In this document: one piece after another, positions 46,888 through 55,837 of the stretch
How the letters are laid out: each line of letters begins with the position of its first letter
How positions within the stretch are numbered: the first letter of the stretch is position 1
Assembly: GCA_017853245.1 (NCBI GenBank)
Contig: JAFMJY010000001.1
Span: 1,434-65,433 of the forward strand
Length of the DNA: 64,000 nt
Direction: 5' to 3'
Source: Burkholderiales bacterium
GTDB lineage: Bacteria; Pseudomonadota; Gammaproteobacteria; Burkholderiales; Usitatibacteraceae
Position numbers and translations under genes: made by a program
Notes under the pieces: generated by a model
What the model was told of the DNA's origin: nothing
Database searches by the model: none
The model's input: only the letters and a program-made list of their open reading frames with translations

Positions 46888-47691
46888 ATGGCACTCCGTG
46901 AGGACAACCCTGGCCGATGGCTGCGCTACGGCGCTCCGGTGCTCATCGCCGCCCTCTTCCTCGCCCTATGGCAGGGCGCTGTGGTCTTCTGGGAGGTGCC
47001 GCCCTGGCTGGTGCCCTCGCCCCTGCTGGTGCTGGAAACGTTGGTCATCGATCGGGAGTTGCTGTTTCGTTCGCTGGGGGTGACGCTGGGTATCGCGCTA
47101 GCTGCCTTGGCGATCGCCACCGTTCTTGGCGTACTCGCCGCGCTGCTGTTCGTGCAAAGCCGCTGGATCGAGATGAGCCTCTTTCCCTACGCGGTGCTGC
47201 TCCAGGTAACCCCCATCGTGGCCATCGCGCCGCTCATCATCATCTGGGTGCGGGATGTGCAGGTAGCCCTGGTGGTGTGCGCCGTGGTGGTGGCGATCTT
47301 TCCGATCATCTCGAACACCACTCTCGGCTTGCGCAGCGTCGACCCCGGGCTGCTAGCGCTCTTCAGGCTTTGTCGGGCGAACCGGTGGCAGGAGCTCACC
47401 CGGCTACGGATTCCTTCCGCACTGCCGTTCTTCTTTGGGGGCCTACGGATTGCGTCGGGTCTGGCGCTGATTGGGGCGGTGGTCGCCGAGTTCGTGGCTG
47501 GAACAGGTGGGGCGAGTGCGGGGTTGGCGTACCAGATTCTGCTAGCAGGGTTTCAGCTGAATATTCCGAGGCTGTTTGCAGCTCTGGTATTGATTGCGGG
47601 GGCGGGGGTGGGCCTTTTCGCCACGACCATCTGGGCGTCGGGCCGGGCGCTGGCCCGTTGGCATGCCCCTGACTCACCCGTTCGGGGGTAA
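46888..47691 (+). CDS. ABC transporter permease (NitT/TauT family)
   Basis: 267 aa, six TM segments, 1-nt gap from the ATPase gene. Confidence 0.88.
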   Translation: MALREDNPGRWLRYGAPVLIAALFLALWQGAVVFWEVPPWLVPSPLLVLETLVIDRELLFRSLGVTLGIALAALAIATVLGVLAALLFVQSRWIEMSLFPYAVLLQVTPIVAIAPLIIIWVRDVQVALVVCAVVVAIFPIISNTTLGLRSVDPGLLALFRLCRANRWQELTRLRIPSALPFFFGGLRIASGLALIGAVVAEFVAGTGGASAGLAYQILLAGFQLNIPRLFAALVLIAGAGVGLFATTIWASGRALARWHAPDSPVRG

Positions 47692-47871
47692 CCGGCCCCG
47701 CCGCCCTGGCTAGTTGTGGGTGCCCGCTCACGTCGCCTGAGCCTGCAACCCCTTGATTGGCATGGCTTTTGCCCGAAAATTTGCCTTCGGCGGGCCTTTT
47801 CGCCATAATGCTCGTTTTTTAGGCAACCGGACGGGGCGATCCCCCGCCCGCGTAAGAAAGGCGCGATCCCC

Positions 47872-48132
47872 ATGAAAGAAGGCATCCACCCGAATTACCG
47901 GGAAGTCGTATTCCTCGACACCAGCTGCGATTTCGGCTTCGTCACGCGCTCCACCGTCTCCACGAACGAGACGATCAAGTGGAAGGACGGCAAGGAGTAC
48001 CCCTGCTACAAGATCGAAATCTCGGCGGAGTCGCACCCCTTCTACACCGGCAAGCAGAAGATCGTGGATACGGCCGGCCGCGTCGACAAGTTCAAGAAGC
48101 GCTACGCCCGCAAGACGGCCAGCGCCTCCTGA
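47872..48132 (+). CDS. rpmE2: 50S ribosomal protein L31, type B (non-zinc form)
   Basis: [23 protein letters not shown]...HPFYTGKQK. It lacks the paired CxxC zinc motifs. Confidence 0.93.
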   Translation: MKEGIHPNYREVVFLDTSCDFGFVTRSTVSTNETIKWKDGKEYPCYKIEISAESHPFYTGKQKIVDTAGRVDKFKKRYARKTASAS

Positions 48133-48164
48133 TTCGCCGTCCCGGGGGCCTGCCCCCAGGGAAC

Positions 48165-48192
48165 AAAAGGCAGCCTCGGCTGCCTTTTTTGT
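48165..48192 (+). terminator. Intrinsic terminator after rpmE2
   Basis: AAAAGGCAGCC-tcg-GCTGCC-TTTTTTGTT. Confidence 0.85.
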
Positions 48193-48208
48193 TGTCCGGG
48201 GCCCCACA

Positions 48209-49888
48209 ATGGCCCCGCTCCCCCGCTCCCAAACTTCGCCTGCCCCCGTGAACCTCCTCGCCTACGACGGCACCCGAACTCCCGCCAAGACCGCCCTCTT
48301 CGTGGTCGTGTGCCTGGCGTGGATCCTGCCCGGGCTAGTAGGCCACGACCCATGGAAGTCGGATGAAGCCATCGCCATGGGCGTGGTTTCCGAGATGCTG
48401 CGCTCGGGCAACTGGCTCGTGCCGACGCTCGCCGGCGAGCCGTACCCCGAGCGGGCTCCGCTCTTTTTCTGGCTGGCGGCGGCTTCCGCCGGCACGCTGG
48501 GCAAGTTCCTGCCCCTTCACGATGCCGCCCGCCTCGCCTCCGGTTTCTTCGTTGCAGTGACTCTCGCGAGCGTGATGGTCGCGGCCTCCGCCCTGCACGG
48601 CCCCCGCGCGGGGCGGCTGGCCGGCCTGTTGCTCCTCGGCTGCTTCGGCCTGTTGATTCGCGCCCACGAAATGAGCGCCGACCTGGCTGCGCTCGCCGGC
48701 GTCGCGATGGGAGTGGCAGGTGTCACCCTCGCCCCGAAGATGCCCAAGCGGGGCGGCCTGCTCGTCGGGGTGGGCTTGGCCGCGGCGTTTCTGGGCAACG
48801 GGCTGATCTCGGCACTGTTGGTCATCGGGTTGGCCGCGTTGGCGCCTCTGGCCTGGCCGGCGGCCCGCTCGCGGCCGTACGGTCTGGCCACGGCGATTGC
48901 GCTTGGATGTGCGCTGGTGCTGGGTGGGCTGTGGCCGCTCCTCGTGTCACGAGCCGACCCGGCATTCTGGAGCGCGTGGAGCACGGAGGCGTTCGCCACG
49001 CGCTGGGCCACCGACGACTTCACGGGCGCCGCCAGCGGCCTCACGTACTTCGCGAAGATCCTGCCCTGGTACGCCTGGCCCGCACTGCCGCTGGCTGCGT
49101 GGGCGCTGTGGAAATCTCGCCGCGGGCTCGCCGGACGCCTGAATCTCCGGGTGCCGATGCTCGCCACGGCCCTGTTCTTCGTTCTGCTCACGCTGCTTGC
49201 CGAGGCGCGCGAAGTGAACGCGATGCCACTGCTGATACCGCTGGTGCTGCTGGGCGTGGCGGAGGTCGACAACTTGCCGCGCGGCGCGGCCAGCGCGCTC
49301 GATTGGTTCGGCGTCATGACCTTCGCGCTCGTGGCGCTCCTGCTGTGGCTTGCCTTCGCCGCCGCGCTGACCGGCAGCCCCGAGGCGGTGGCCCGGTGGC
49401 TCGCGCGGGAGGTGCCCGGCTACCACTATTCGTTTCGATTCGTTCCGGTGGCCTTGGCGGCGCTGCTCACCTGCGTGTGGGTGGTGGTGGTGGCAAGCTC
49501 GCTCCGCTCCCCGCGGCGTGCCGTGGTCAACTGGGCTGCCGGCATCACGATGGTGTGGATGCTCACGATGATGCTGGGGGTTCCGATCATCGACCAGGCC
49601 CGCAGCTATCGCGGCCTGTCGGCTTCCGTGGCAGAGCGGGTGAAGGGCTCGACTTGCACGCTCGGGGCAGGCCTCGGCGTGCCGCAGCGGGCCCTGCTGG
49701 ATTACTTCATCGGGTTGCGGCTCACGCCGGCAACCGCGCCCGGCGCCGAAACCTGCGACATGCTGCTCGTTCAATCCACACGTGGCTTGGCGCCCGAAGT
49801 GGACGCTGCCCGCTGGCAGGAAACCTGGCGCGGGTCTCGGCCGGGTGACGGGAGCGAGGCCTTCATCCTGTACCGACGCTCGAGCTAG
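48209..49888 (+). CDS. ArnT/PMT-like (GT39/GT83-type) membrane glycosyltransferase
   Basis: 559 aa, polytopic. The N-terminal loop motif HDPWKSDEAIAMGVVSEM...ERAPLFFWL is typical of ArnT-like lipid-linked sugar transferases. Confidence 0.8.
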   Translation: MAPLPRSQTSPAPVNLLAYDGTRTPAKTALFVVVCLAWILPGLVGHDPWKSDEAIAMGVVSEMLRSGNWLVPTLAGEPYPERAPLFFWLAAASAGTLGKFLPLHDAARLASGFFVAVTLASVMVAASALHGPRAGRLAGLLLLGCFGLLIRAHEMSADLAALAGVAMGVAGVTLAPKMPKRGGLLVGVGLAAAFLGNGLISALLVIGLAALAPLAWPAARSRPYGLATAIALGCALVLGGLWPLLVSRADPAFWSAWSTEAFATRWATDDFTGAASGLTYFAKILPWYAWPALPLAAWALWKSRRGLAGRLNLRVPMLATALFFVLLTLLAEAREVNAMPLLIPLVLLGVAEVDNLPRGAASALDWFGVMTFALVALLLWLAFAAALTGSPEAVARWLAREVPGYHYSFRFVPVALAALLTCVWVVVVASSLRSPRRAVVNWAAGITMVWMLTMMLGVPIIDQARSYRGLSASVAERVKGSTCTLGAGLGVPQRALLDYFIGLRLTPATAPGAETCDMLLVQSTRGLAPEVDAARWQETWRGSRPGDGSEAFILYRRSS

Positions 49889-52467
49889 GCCCGCCGGTAA
49901 AGCCACCCTCCGCGCGCCATCGCCTTCTCCGCCTCCACGGCAACGAAGACGACAAGGGCAAGCGCGAAGCAAACCGCAAGCTCCCCAGCCGACAGCGGCT
50001 GCGTGTGAAAGATGTCGTTGAGCGTCGGCAGGTAGACCACCGCCAGCTGCAGCGCCACCGACAGCAGGACTGCGCCGGTGAGAGCTGCGTTGGGCCGCGG
50101 CCCCAGCCGAAAGAACGACTCACGTTCTGAGCGGATCGCAAGCACATGGGCAAGCTGTGCCAGCGCGAGCACCGTGAACACCATCGTCTGCCCATGGGCC
50201 TTGCCACTCGCCTGCGCCCACGCGTGCACGGAAAGGGAAAGCCCGGCGATGAGAAGCCCCACCCACACCACGTGCTGCCACAGGCCGCGCGAGAACAGGC
50301 TTTCCGTTGCGGGGCGCGGAGGGCGACTCATCAGGTTTGGCTCTCCCGCTTCTTTCACGAGCGCAAGGCCGGGCAACCCGTCCGTGACGAGGTTCACCCA
50401 CAGGATCTGGGTCGGCAGCAGCGGGATGGGCAACCCCAGAAAAGGCGCCAGGAAGATGGTGGCGATCTCGCCCAGGTTTCCCGTGAGGGCGTAGCGCACG
50501 AACTTGCGAATGTTGTCGTAGATGCGGCGGCCTTCCTTCACCGCCGCCACGATGGTCGCGAAGTTGTCGTCGAGCAGGACCAGGTGCGAGGCCTCGCGTG
50601 CCACTTCCGTGCCCGAGCGTCCCATCGCAACCCCCACGTCGGCGCTCTTCAGGGCGGGGGCGTCATTCACGCCATCGCCGGTCATGGCCACGATCTCACC
50701 GCGCGCCTGCAAGGCGGCCACGATCCGAATCTTGTGCTCGGGTGTGGCGCGCGCGAAGACGTCAACGTGGCCCACGCGCTCCCGGAGTTCCTCGCTCGAA
50801 AGCCGCTCCAGCGCTGCGCCATCCATCACGGTGCCGTCGTTGGCAGCCATACCCAATTGAGTGGCGATCGCGCGGGCCGTCGCCGGATGATCCCCCGTGA
50901 TCATGACGGGGGTTATTCCTGCCGCGCGGCACTCGGCCACCGCCGCTGCAGCCTCGGGGCGCGGCGGATCGGCTAGCCCGGCGAGCCCGACGAAGACGAG
51001 TTCCGATTCCACGGCCTCGGCGGGAAGCTCCGCGGGCGAAACGAGCCACTCCCGCCGCGCAAAACCGATCACGCGCAGGCCGCGGCTCGCCATGGCCTGC
51101 ACCCGAGCCTCGAGGCCTGCCCGATCCAGTGGGCGCAGGCCGTCGACCCCTTGCTCCTGCGCGCAGCACCCGAGCAAAGACTCCGGCGCACCTTTCGTGA
51201 TCGCCACGAATACGTTCCCCACTTCGTGTACGGTGGTCATCCGCTTGCGAGCGGCGTCGAAGGGGAGCTCCGTCACGCGAGGCATGGCCGCGCGAACACT
51301 TTCCGGCGCTGCCCGCGCCTCGAGCGCCGCCTCGAGCAGCGCCGTCTCGGTGGGGTCGCCGGCGGCAACGGAGGGCGTCGCGTCGTTGCAGAGAATCATC
51401 GCCTCATAGAGCGCCTTCGGCTCACCGTAAATCTCCACCACCCGCATGCGGTTTTGGGTGAGGGTGCCGGTCTTGTCGGTGCAGATCACGGTGACAGCGC
51501 CCAGGGATTCCACCGCGGGCAAGCGCCGCACCAGCGCATTTCGGCGCGCCATAGCGCCGGCTCCCAGCGCCAGCGCCACGGCCACCACTACCGGCAACGC
51601 CTCCGGCACAGCGGCCACCGCCAGGCTCACGGCCATCAGAAACATGGCGCTGCCAGGCTCGCCCCGCAGCACCCCCGCGATGAAAATGACGGCACAAATG
51701 CCGAGCGCGGCCAGCGCAAGGCTCCGTCCCACTTGCGCGAGGCGGCGTTGCAACGGTGTCTGGGCTTCGCGAGCGCCTGCGATGAGGGCGGCTATGCGGC
51801 CAAGCTCGGTCCCGAGGCCGGTCGCCACCACGATGCCGCATCCGCGCCCGACGGTAACGAACGTGCCGCGGTAGGCCATGCACGCGCGCTCCGCGAGCGG
51901 CACGTCCTCACTCTCGAGGGCCGTCACTCGTTTCTCCACCGGAACCGACTCACCCGTGAGCGCGGCCTCCTGGGTTTGCAGACGGGCGGCAAGCACGAGC
52001 CGCATGTCTGCAGGAACGCTGTCTCCCGCCTCCAACACCACGAGGTCACCCGGGACGAGCTCGCCCGCTGCCACAACCGTCACCCCGCCATCGCGCACGA
52101 CTGAAGCATGAGGGGCACCCAGTCGCCGAAGCGCACCAAGCGTTTTCTCGGCTCGCCACTCCTGCGAGAACCCGATAGCGCCGTTGAGCAGGACGATGAC
52201 GACGATCGCCACTGCATCCACAGGCTCGCCGACGACACCCGCGATCACCGCAGCCACGAGCAGGACGACGATCAGGAAATCGGCGAACTGTCCTGCCAGG
52301 ATCCGCCAGGGTGCGCGGCGCGCCGCTTCCGGAAGCTCGTTGGGGCCCGTCGCGGCGAGCCGGCGAGCTGCCTCCTCCCCATTGAGCCCAAGCGTTAGCC
52401 GTGTGCCGAGCGCCTCCGCCACGGATTCGGGGGGCAGGCTGTGCCAGGGGGCCGTCGCGGGCCTCAC
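49885..52467 (-). CDS. Cation-transporting P-type ATPase (type II, Ca2+/Mg2+-ATPase-like)
   Basis: 860 aa with a GTG start. ICTDKTGTLTQN, TGDHPATA, MTGDGVNDAPAL. Confidence 0.93.
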   Translation of the reverse strand: MRPATAPWHSLPPESVAEALGTRLTLGLNGEEAARRLAATGPNELPEAARRAPWRILAGQFADFLIVVLLVAAVIAGVVGEPVDAVAIVVIVLLNGAIGFSQEWRAEKTLGALRRLGAPHASVVRDGGVTVVAAGELVPGDLVVLEAGDSVPADMRLVLAARLQTQEAALTGESVPVEKRVTALESEDVPLAERACMAYRGTFVTVGRGCGIVVATGLGTELGRIAALIAGAREAQTPLQRRLAQVGRSLALAALGICAVIFIAGVLRGEPGSAMFLMAVSLAVAAVPEALPVVVAVALALGAGAMARRNALVRRLPAVESLGAVTVICTDKTGTLTQNRMRVVEIYGEPKALYEAMILCNDATPSVAAGDPTETALLEAALEARAAPESVRAAMPRVTELPFDAARKRMTTVHEVGNVFVAITKGAPESLLGCCAQEQGVDGLRPLDRAGLEARVQAMASRGLRVIGFARREWLVSPAELPAEAVESELVFVGLAGLADPPRPEAAAAVAECRAAGITPVMITGDHPATARAIATQLGMAANDGTVMDGAALERLSSEELRERVGHVDVFARATPEHKIRIVAALQARGEIVAMTGDGVNDAPALKSADVGVAMGRSGTEVAREASHLVLLDDNFATIVAAVKEGRRIYDNIRKFVRYALTGNLGEIATIFLAPFLGLPIPLLPTQILWVNLVTDGLPGLALVKEAGEPNLMSRPPRPATESLFSRGLWQHVVWVGLLIAGLSLSVHAWAQASGKAHGQTMVFTVLALAQLAHVLAIRSERESFFRLGPRPNAALTGAVLLSVALQLAVVYLPTLNDIFHTQPLSAGELAVCFALALVVFVAVEAEKAMARGGWLYRRA

Positions 52468-52470
52468 GCG

Positions 52471-53463
52471 CTAGAAGCGGAACGCCCGCAGCACGGCGAG
52501 ATACACGATGATCGTAAGCGTGTCCTGCACCACGGTTGCCATCGGGCCGCTGCCGTAGGCCGGGTCGACCTTCATGCGCGCGAGCCACCACGGGATGACG
52601 ATTCCGAGGCTGCTTGCGATGGCACCGGAGCAAAAGAGCGCGGTTCCCACCGCGCCTGCGAGCCGAGCGTCGCGCCAGAGCGCCATCACGATCACGAAGG
52701 CGGCCGAACCGAGCACTGCGCCAATCAGCACGCCCGTGCGGAGCTCCCCGGACACCAGGTGCGCTATCCCGCGCCGGGAGAGCGACAGGCCTCGCACCGC
52801 GATGGCCTCGCTTTGGGTGCCAATCGCATCGGCGAGGTACACGAGCGCCGGCACGAAGAACGCGACAGCGACGTGCGCCTGGATGACGGTCTCGAATCCC
52901 GCCATGGCCGCCGTTGCCAGCCCACTCGCCCCCAGCCCGGCCACCAGCCACGGCAGGCGATGCCGGGCTCGGCGCAGGGGCGGGTCTTCGATCGCGTGCC
53001 TGGCTCGGGCCGCCTCCCGCGTGATGCCAGCAAAGCGGTGCAGGTCTTCCACGTGCTCGCGCCTCAGCACCTGCAGCAGCGCCTGGGGCGGCATCGCGCC
53101 GAGCAAGGCGCCTTTCGCGTCAATGACCGGCAGCGCATCGACTTCGTGGTGCAGGGCGAGCGACGCGGCGCGCTCCTGGTCATCATCGGCGTGAACGCGC
53201 GGGTAGTCGGCATCCATCACCTCGCCAAGGGGAGAGCCCTCCGGTGTCGCGAAGAGCTTGCCGACGCCCACCACGCCGGCGAGCATGCCATGCGGGCCAA
53301 CGATCGCGATGATCTCGACGCAGGCCGGGCGCTCAGCCGCCAGGCGTGCGCGGACTGACCCCGCCGTTTCCTCCGCACGCGCCCTCGCCACGTCGGCAAC
53401 GACGTGGTCCGCGACGCGTTCGCGATAGGTGGACGAGCTCGATTCCACGAAGGGCCAGGCCAA
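52471..53463 (-). CDS. MgtE-like divalent cation transporter lacking the N-domain (CBS pair + TM domain)
   Basis: 330 aa with a TTG start. A CBS-pair region, then the MgtE TM core (FFVPALVYLADAIGTQSEAIAVRG; GSGPMATVVQDTLTIIVYL). Only 69 nt separate it from glcF, so no N-domain can be encoded upstream. Confidence 0.8.
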   Translation of the reverse strand: MAWPFVESSSSTYRERVADHVVADVARARAEETAGSVRARLAAERPACVEIIAIVGPHGMLAGVVGVGKLFATPEGSPLGEVMDADYPRVHADDDQERAASLALHHEVDALPVIDAKGALLGAMPPQALLQVLRREHVEDLHRFAGITREAARARHAIEDPPLRRARHRLPWLVAGLGASGLATAAMAGFETVIQAHVAVAFFVPALVYLADAIGTQSEAIAVRGLSLSRRGIAHLVSGELRTGVLIGAVLGSAAFVIVMALWRDARLAGAVGTALFCSGAIASSLGIVIPWWLARMKVDPAYGSGPMATVVQDTLTIIVYLAVLRAFRF

Positions 53464-53532
53464 AGAAGAGCCTGCATTTTCCCACCCCGGCGCGGCAGGA
53501 GGCTGCGCCCGAGCAAACCGGCCGGGGTACTT

Positions 53533-54765
53533 TCAGGCGCCTGACAGGCGCCGGTCCAGCATCTCGATCCAGTGGGACACGGGCTTCGACGCACCGCCGC
53601 TGATATGCGTGAGGCACCCGATGTTCGACGTGCAAATCTGCGCTGGCGAGCCGGACTCGATAGCCGCGACCTTGTTGGCGAGAAGCTGCCGCGAGAGATT
53701 CGGTTGGAGAATGGAGTACGTTCCCGCCGACCCGCAGCACAGGTGCGCATCGGGAACCGCCGTGAGCGTAAAACCCGCATCGCGCAGGACCGACTCCACC
53801 AAGCCTTTCTTCTTCTGCCCGTGCTGAAGGCTGCATGGCGCGTGATAGGCAATCGGCTCACGTGCTGCCGTCCTGGGCAGCAGCGCCGCCAAGCCCCCCT
53901 TCTCCGCGGCAACCACCTCTCCCACGTCGCGCGCAAGCGCGCTCACCCGAGCGGCCTTGCTCGCGTAAGCCGGGTCGTCGCGCAGCAGATGCCCGTATTC
54001 GCTCACCTGCGTGCCACATCCGCTGGCCGTCATGACGATGGCCTCGACGCCACCTTCTATCGAGGGCCACCAGGCGTCGATCTGGCGCCGCATGCGCTCT
54101 CGCGCCGCCTCGTGCGCATTGAGATGATGCTCGATGGCGCCGCAGCAACCGCTCTCGGGCACGGCAACCAATGAAATTCCCAGGCGATCGAGCACACGCG
54201 CCGTGGCGGCGTTGATGTCAGGCGCGAGCACAGGCTGCACGCAACCTTGCAGCACCAGCATCTTGCGTGCGTGACGCGGGGCGGGCCAGGGCCCGCCGCC
54301 GGATCGCGGCGGAAGCTGGCGAGCGAGCCGCTGCGGCAGCAGTGGGCGCAGGAGTCGACCCCATGCCACGGCCATGCCGAACAGCGCTGGCGTGAGCAGG
54401 AACATCCGAAGCAGACGGCGATGCAAGGCCGAGCCCGCCGGCCGAGGCACCTTCTCTTCGACGACGTGACGGCCGATGTCCACCAGCCGCCCGTACTCGA
54501 CGCCCGAAGGGCAGGTGCTCTCGCAGGCGCGGCAAGTGAGACAGCGATCCAGGTGCAGCTGCGTATTGGCGGTGACTGGCGCGCCCTCCAGCATCTGCTT
54601 CATGAGGTAGATGCGCCCGCGCGGGCTGTCGAGCTCATCGCCCAGCAGGTTGTAGGTCGGGCAGGTGGCGAGGCAGAAGCCGCAGTGCACGCACTTGCGA
54701 AGTATGGCGTCGGCCTCGCGGCCTGCCGGTGTGTCCTTGATCCAGTCGGCGAGTTGGGTCTGCAT
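53533..54765 (-). CDS. glcF: Glycolate oxidase iron-sulfur subunit
   Basis: 410 aa. CVHCGFCLATCPTY and CLTCRACESTCPSGV. Confidence 0.93.
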   Translation of the reverse strand: MQTQLADWIKDTPAGREADAILRKCVHCGFCLATCPTYNLLGDELDSPRGRIYLMKQMLEGAPVTANTQLHLDRCLTCRACESTCPSGVEYGRLVDIGRHVVEEKVPRPAGSALHRRLLRMFLLTPALFGMAVAWGRLLRPLLPQRLARQLPPRSGGGPWPAPRHARKMLVLQGCVQPVLAPDINAATARVLDRLGISLVAVPESGCCGAIEHHLNAHEAARERMRRQIDAWWPSIEGGVEAIVMTASGCGTQVSEYGHLLRDDPAYASKAARVSALARDVGEVVAAEKGGLAALLPRTAAREPIAYHAPCSLQHGQKKKGLVESVLRDAGFTLTAVPDAHLCCGSAGTYSILQPNLSRQLLANKVAAIESGSPAQICTSNIGCLTHISGGASKPVSHWIEMLDRRLSGA

Positions 54766-54767
54766 GG

Positions 54768-55835
54768 CTAGGCCTGGAAGTTGTCCATGCGGCCGGGGTT
54801 CAGGATGCCCGCCGGGTCGAAGGCATGCTTGAGTCGCCGATGTATCTTGGCGACCGCGGGCGCGAGCGGATGGAAGACGCCTGCGCCTCGGTCACCACCG
54901 CGAAAGCGCGTCGCGTGGCCGCCCGCCTGCTGCGCTGCATCCCTAGCCTGCTGCAACGAGAGTGGCCCCCGCACCCAGCGAAGGCCGCCGCCCCATTCGA
55001 TCAGCTGCGGTTGACCCAGCTTCAGCGGCGCCGCCGTCTGCGCGACCGACAGCCGCCACAGCGGGCCGCCATCGGCAAAGAAATCCAGGCGATGCTCACG
55101 AAGCTTCACCCAGAACTGCTCGCCCTCCGCCAGCGCCGTCCCGCCCAGTTTCAACTTGGCCGACGCGACGGCCGCCGCCGCACCGGAAAGCCGCACATGC
55201 AGAACACCGTCCTCCCAGGCCGTGGCGGAGAGCGGGAGCGGCTGGCCCGCCCAGCGATTGACCGATTCGATCATCCGCGCCTCGTCCATCTCGAACACCA
55301 GGGTCGCTTCCGCTGCAGGCTTCGGCAACACCTTGAAGGACAGCTCGGTCATCACGCCCAGCGTGCCCAGCGCCCCCGCCATCAGGCGAGACACGTCGTA
55401 CCCCGCGACGTTCTTGATCACGCGCCCGCCGAACGAGAGATCCTCGCCCTTGCCGTTGACGATGCGGGCGCCGAGCACCAGATCGCGCGCCGCCCCCGCA
55501 AACGGGCGGCGGGGGCCAGAAAAGTTGCACGCCACAGTCCCACCGATCGTGGCGGCATCCCCGTATCCCGGGGGCTCGAAGGGCAGCATCTGCCCCTCTG
55601 CAGCGAGGGCAGCCTCGATTTCCGTCAGGCGCGTGCCGGCGCGAACGGTGAGCACCAGCTCCCGTGGCTCGTAGGCAACGATGCCCGAGTAAGGCGCAAT
55701 GCTCAGCCCTTCGCCCACGAGCGGGCCGCCATAGAAATCCTTCGTGCCGCCACCGACGATGCGCAGCGGCGCCTTGCGCGCCGCGTGATCCTTCACGCGC
55801 TCGCAAACCTGCTGGATGAACTGGGTTTCGGACAC
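54768..55835 (-). CDS. glcE: Glycolate oxidase FAD-binding subunit
   Basis: GTG 55835 lies just after the upstream stop, inside ORF 54768..55898. FAD-binding PCMH domain (LRIVGGGTKDFYG). Confidence 0.88.
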   Translation of the reverse strand: MSETQFIQQVCERVKDHAARKAPLRIVGGGTKDFYGGPLVGEGLSIAPYSGIVAYEPRELVLTVRAGTRLTEIEAALAAEGQMLPFEPPGYGDAATIGGTVACNFSGPRRPFAGAARDLVLGARIVNGKGEDLSFGGRVIKNVAGYDVSRLMAGALGTLGVMTELSFKVLPKPAAEATLVFEMDEARMIESVNRWAGQPLPLSATAWEDGVLHVRLSGAAAAVASAKLKLGGTALAEGEQFWVKLREHRLDFFADGGPLWRLSVAQTAAPLKLGQPQLIEWGGGLRWVRGPLSLQQARDAAQQAGGHATRFRGGDRGAGVFHPLAPAVAKIHRRLKHAFDPAGILNPGRMDNFQA

Positions 55836-55837
55836 CG

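Noticed and set aside
53464-53532. Possible M-box or other riboswitch ahead of the MgtE-like gene
   Set aside because: Only 69 nt lie between the glcF stop and the MgtE-like start, which is too short for an M-box aptamer plus expression platform.
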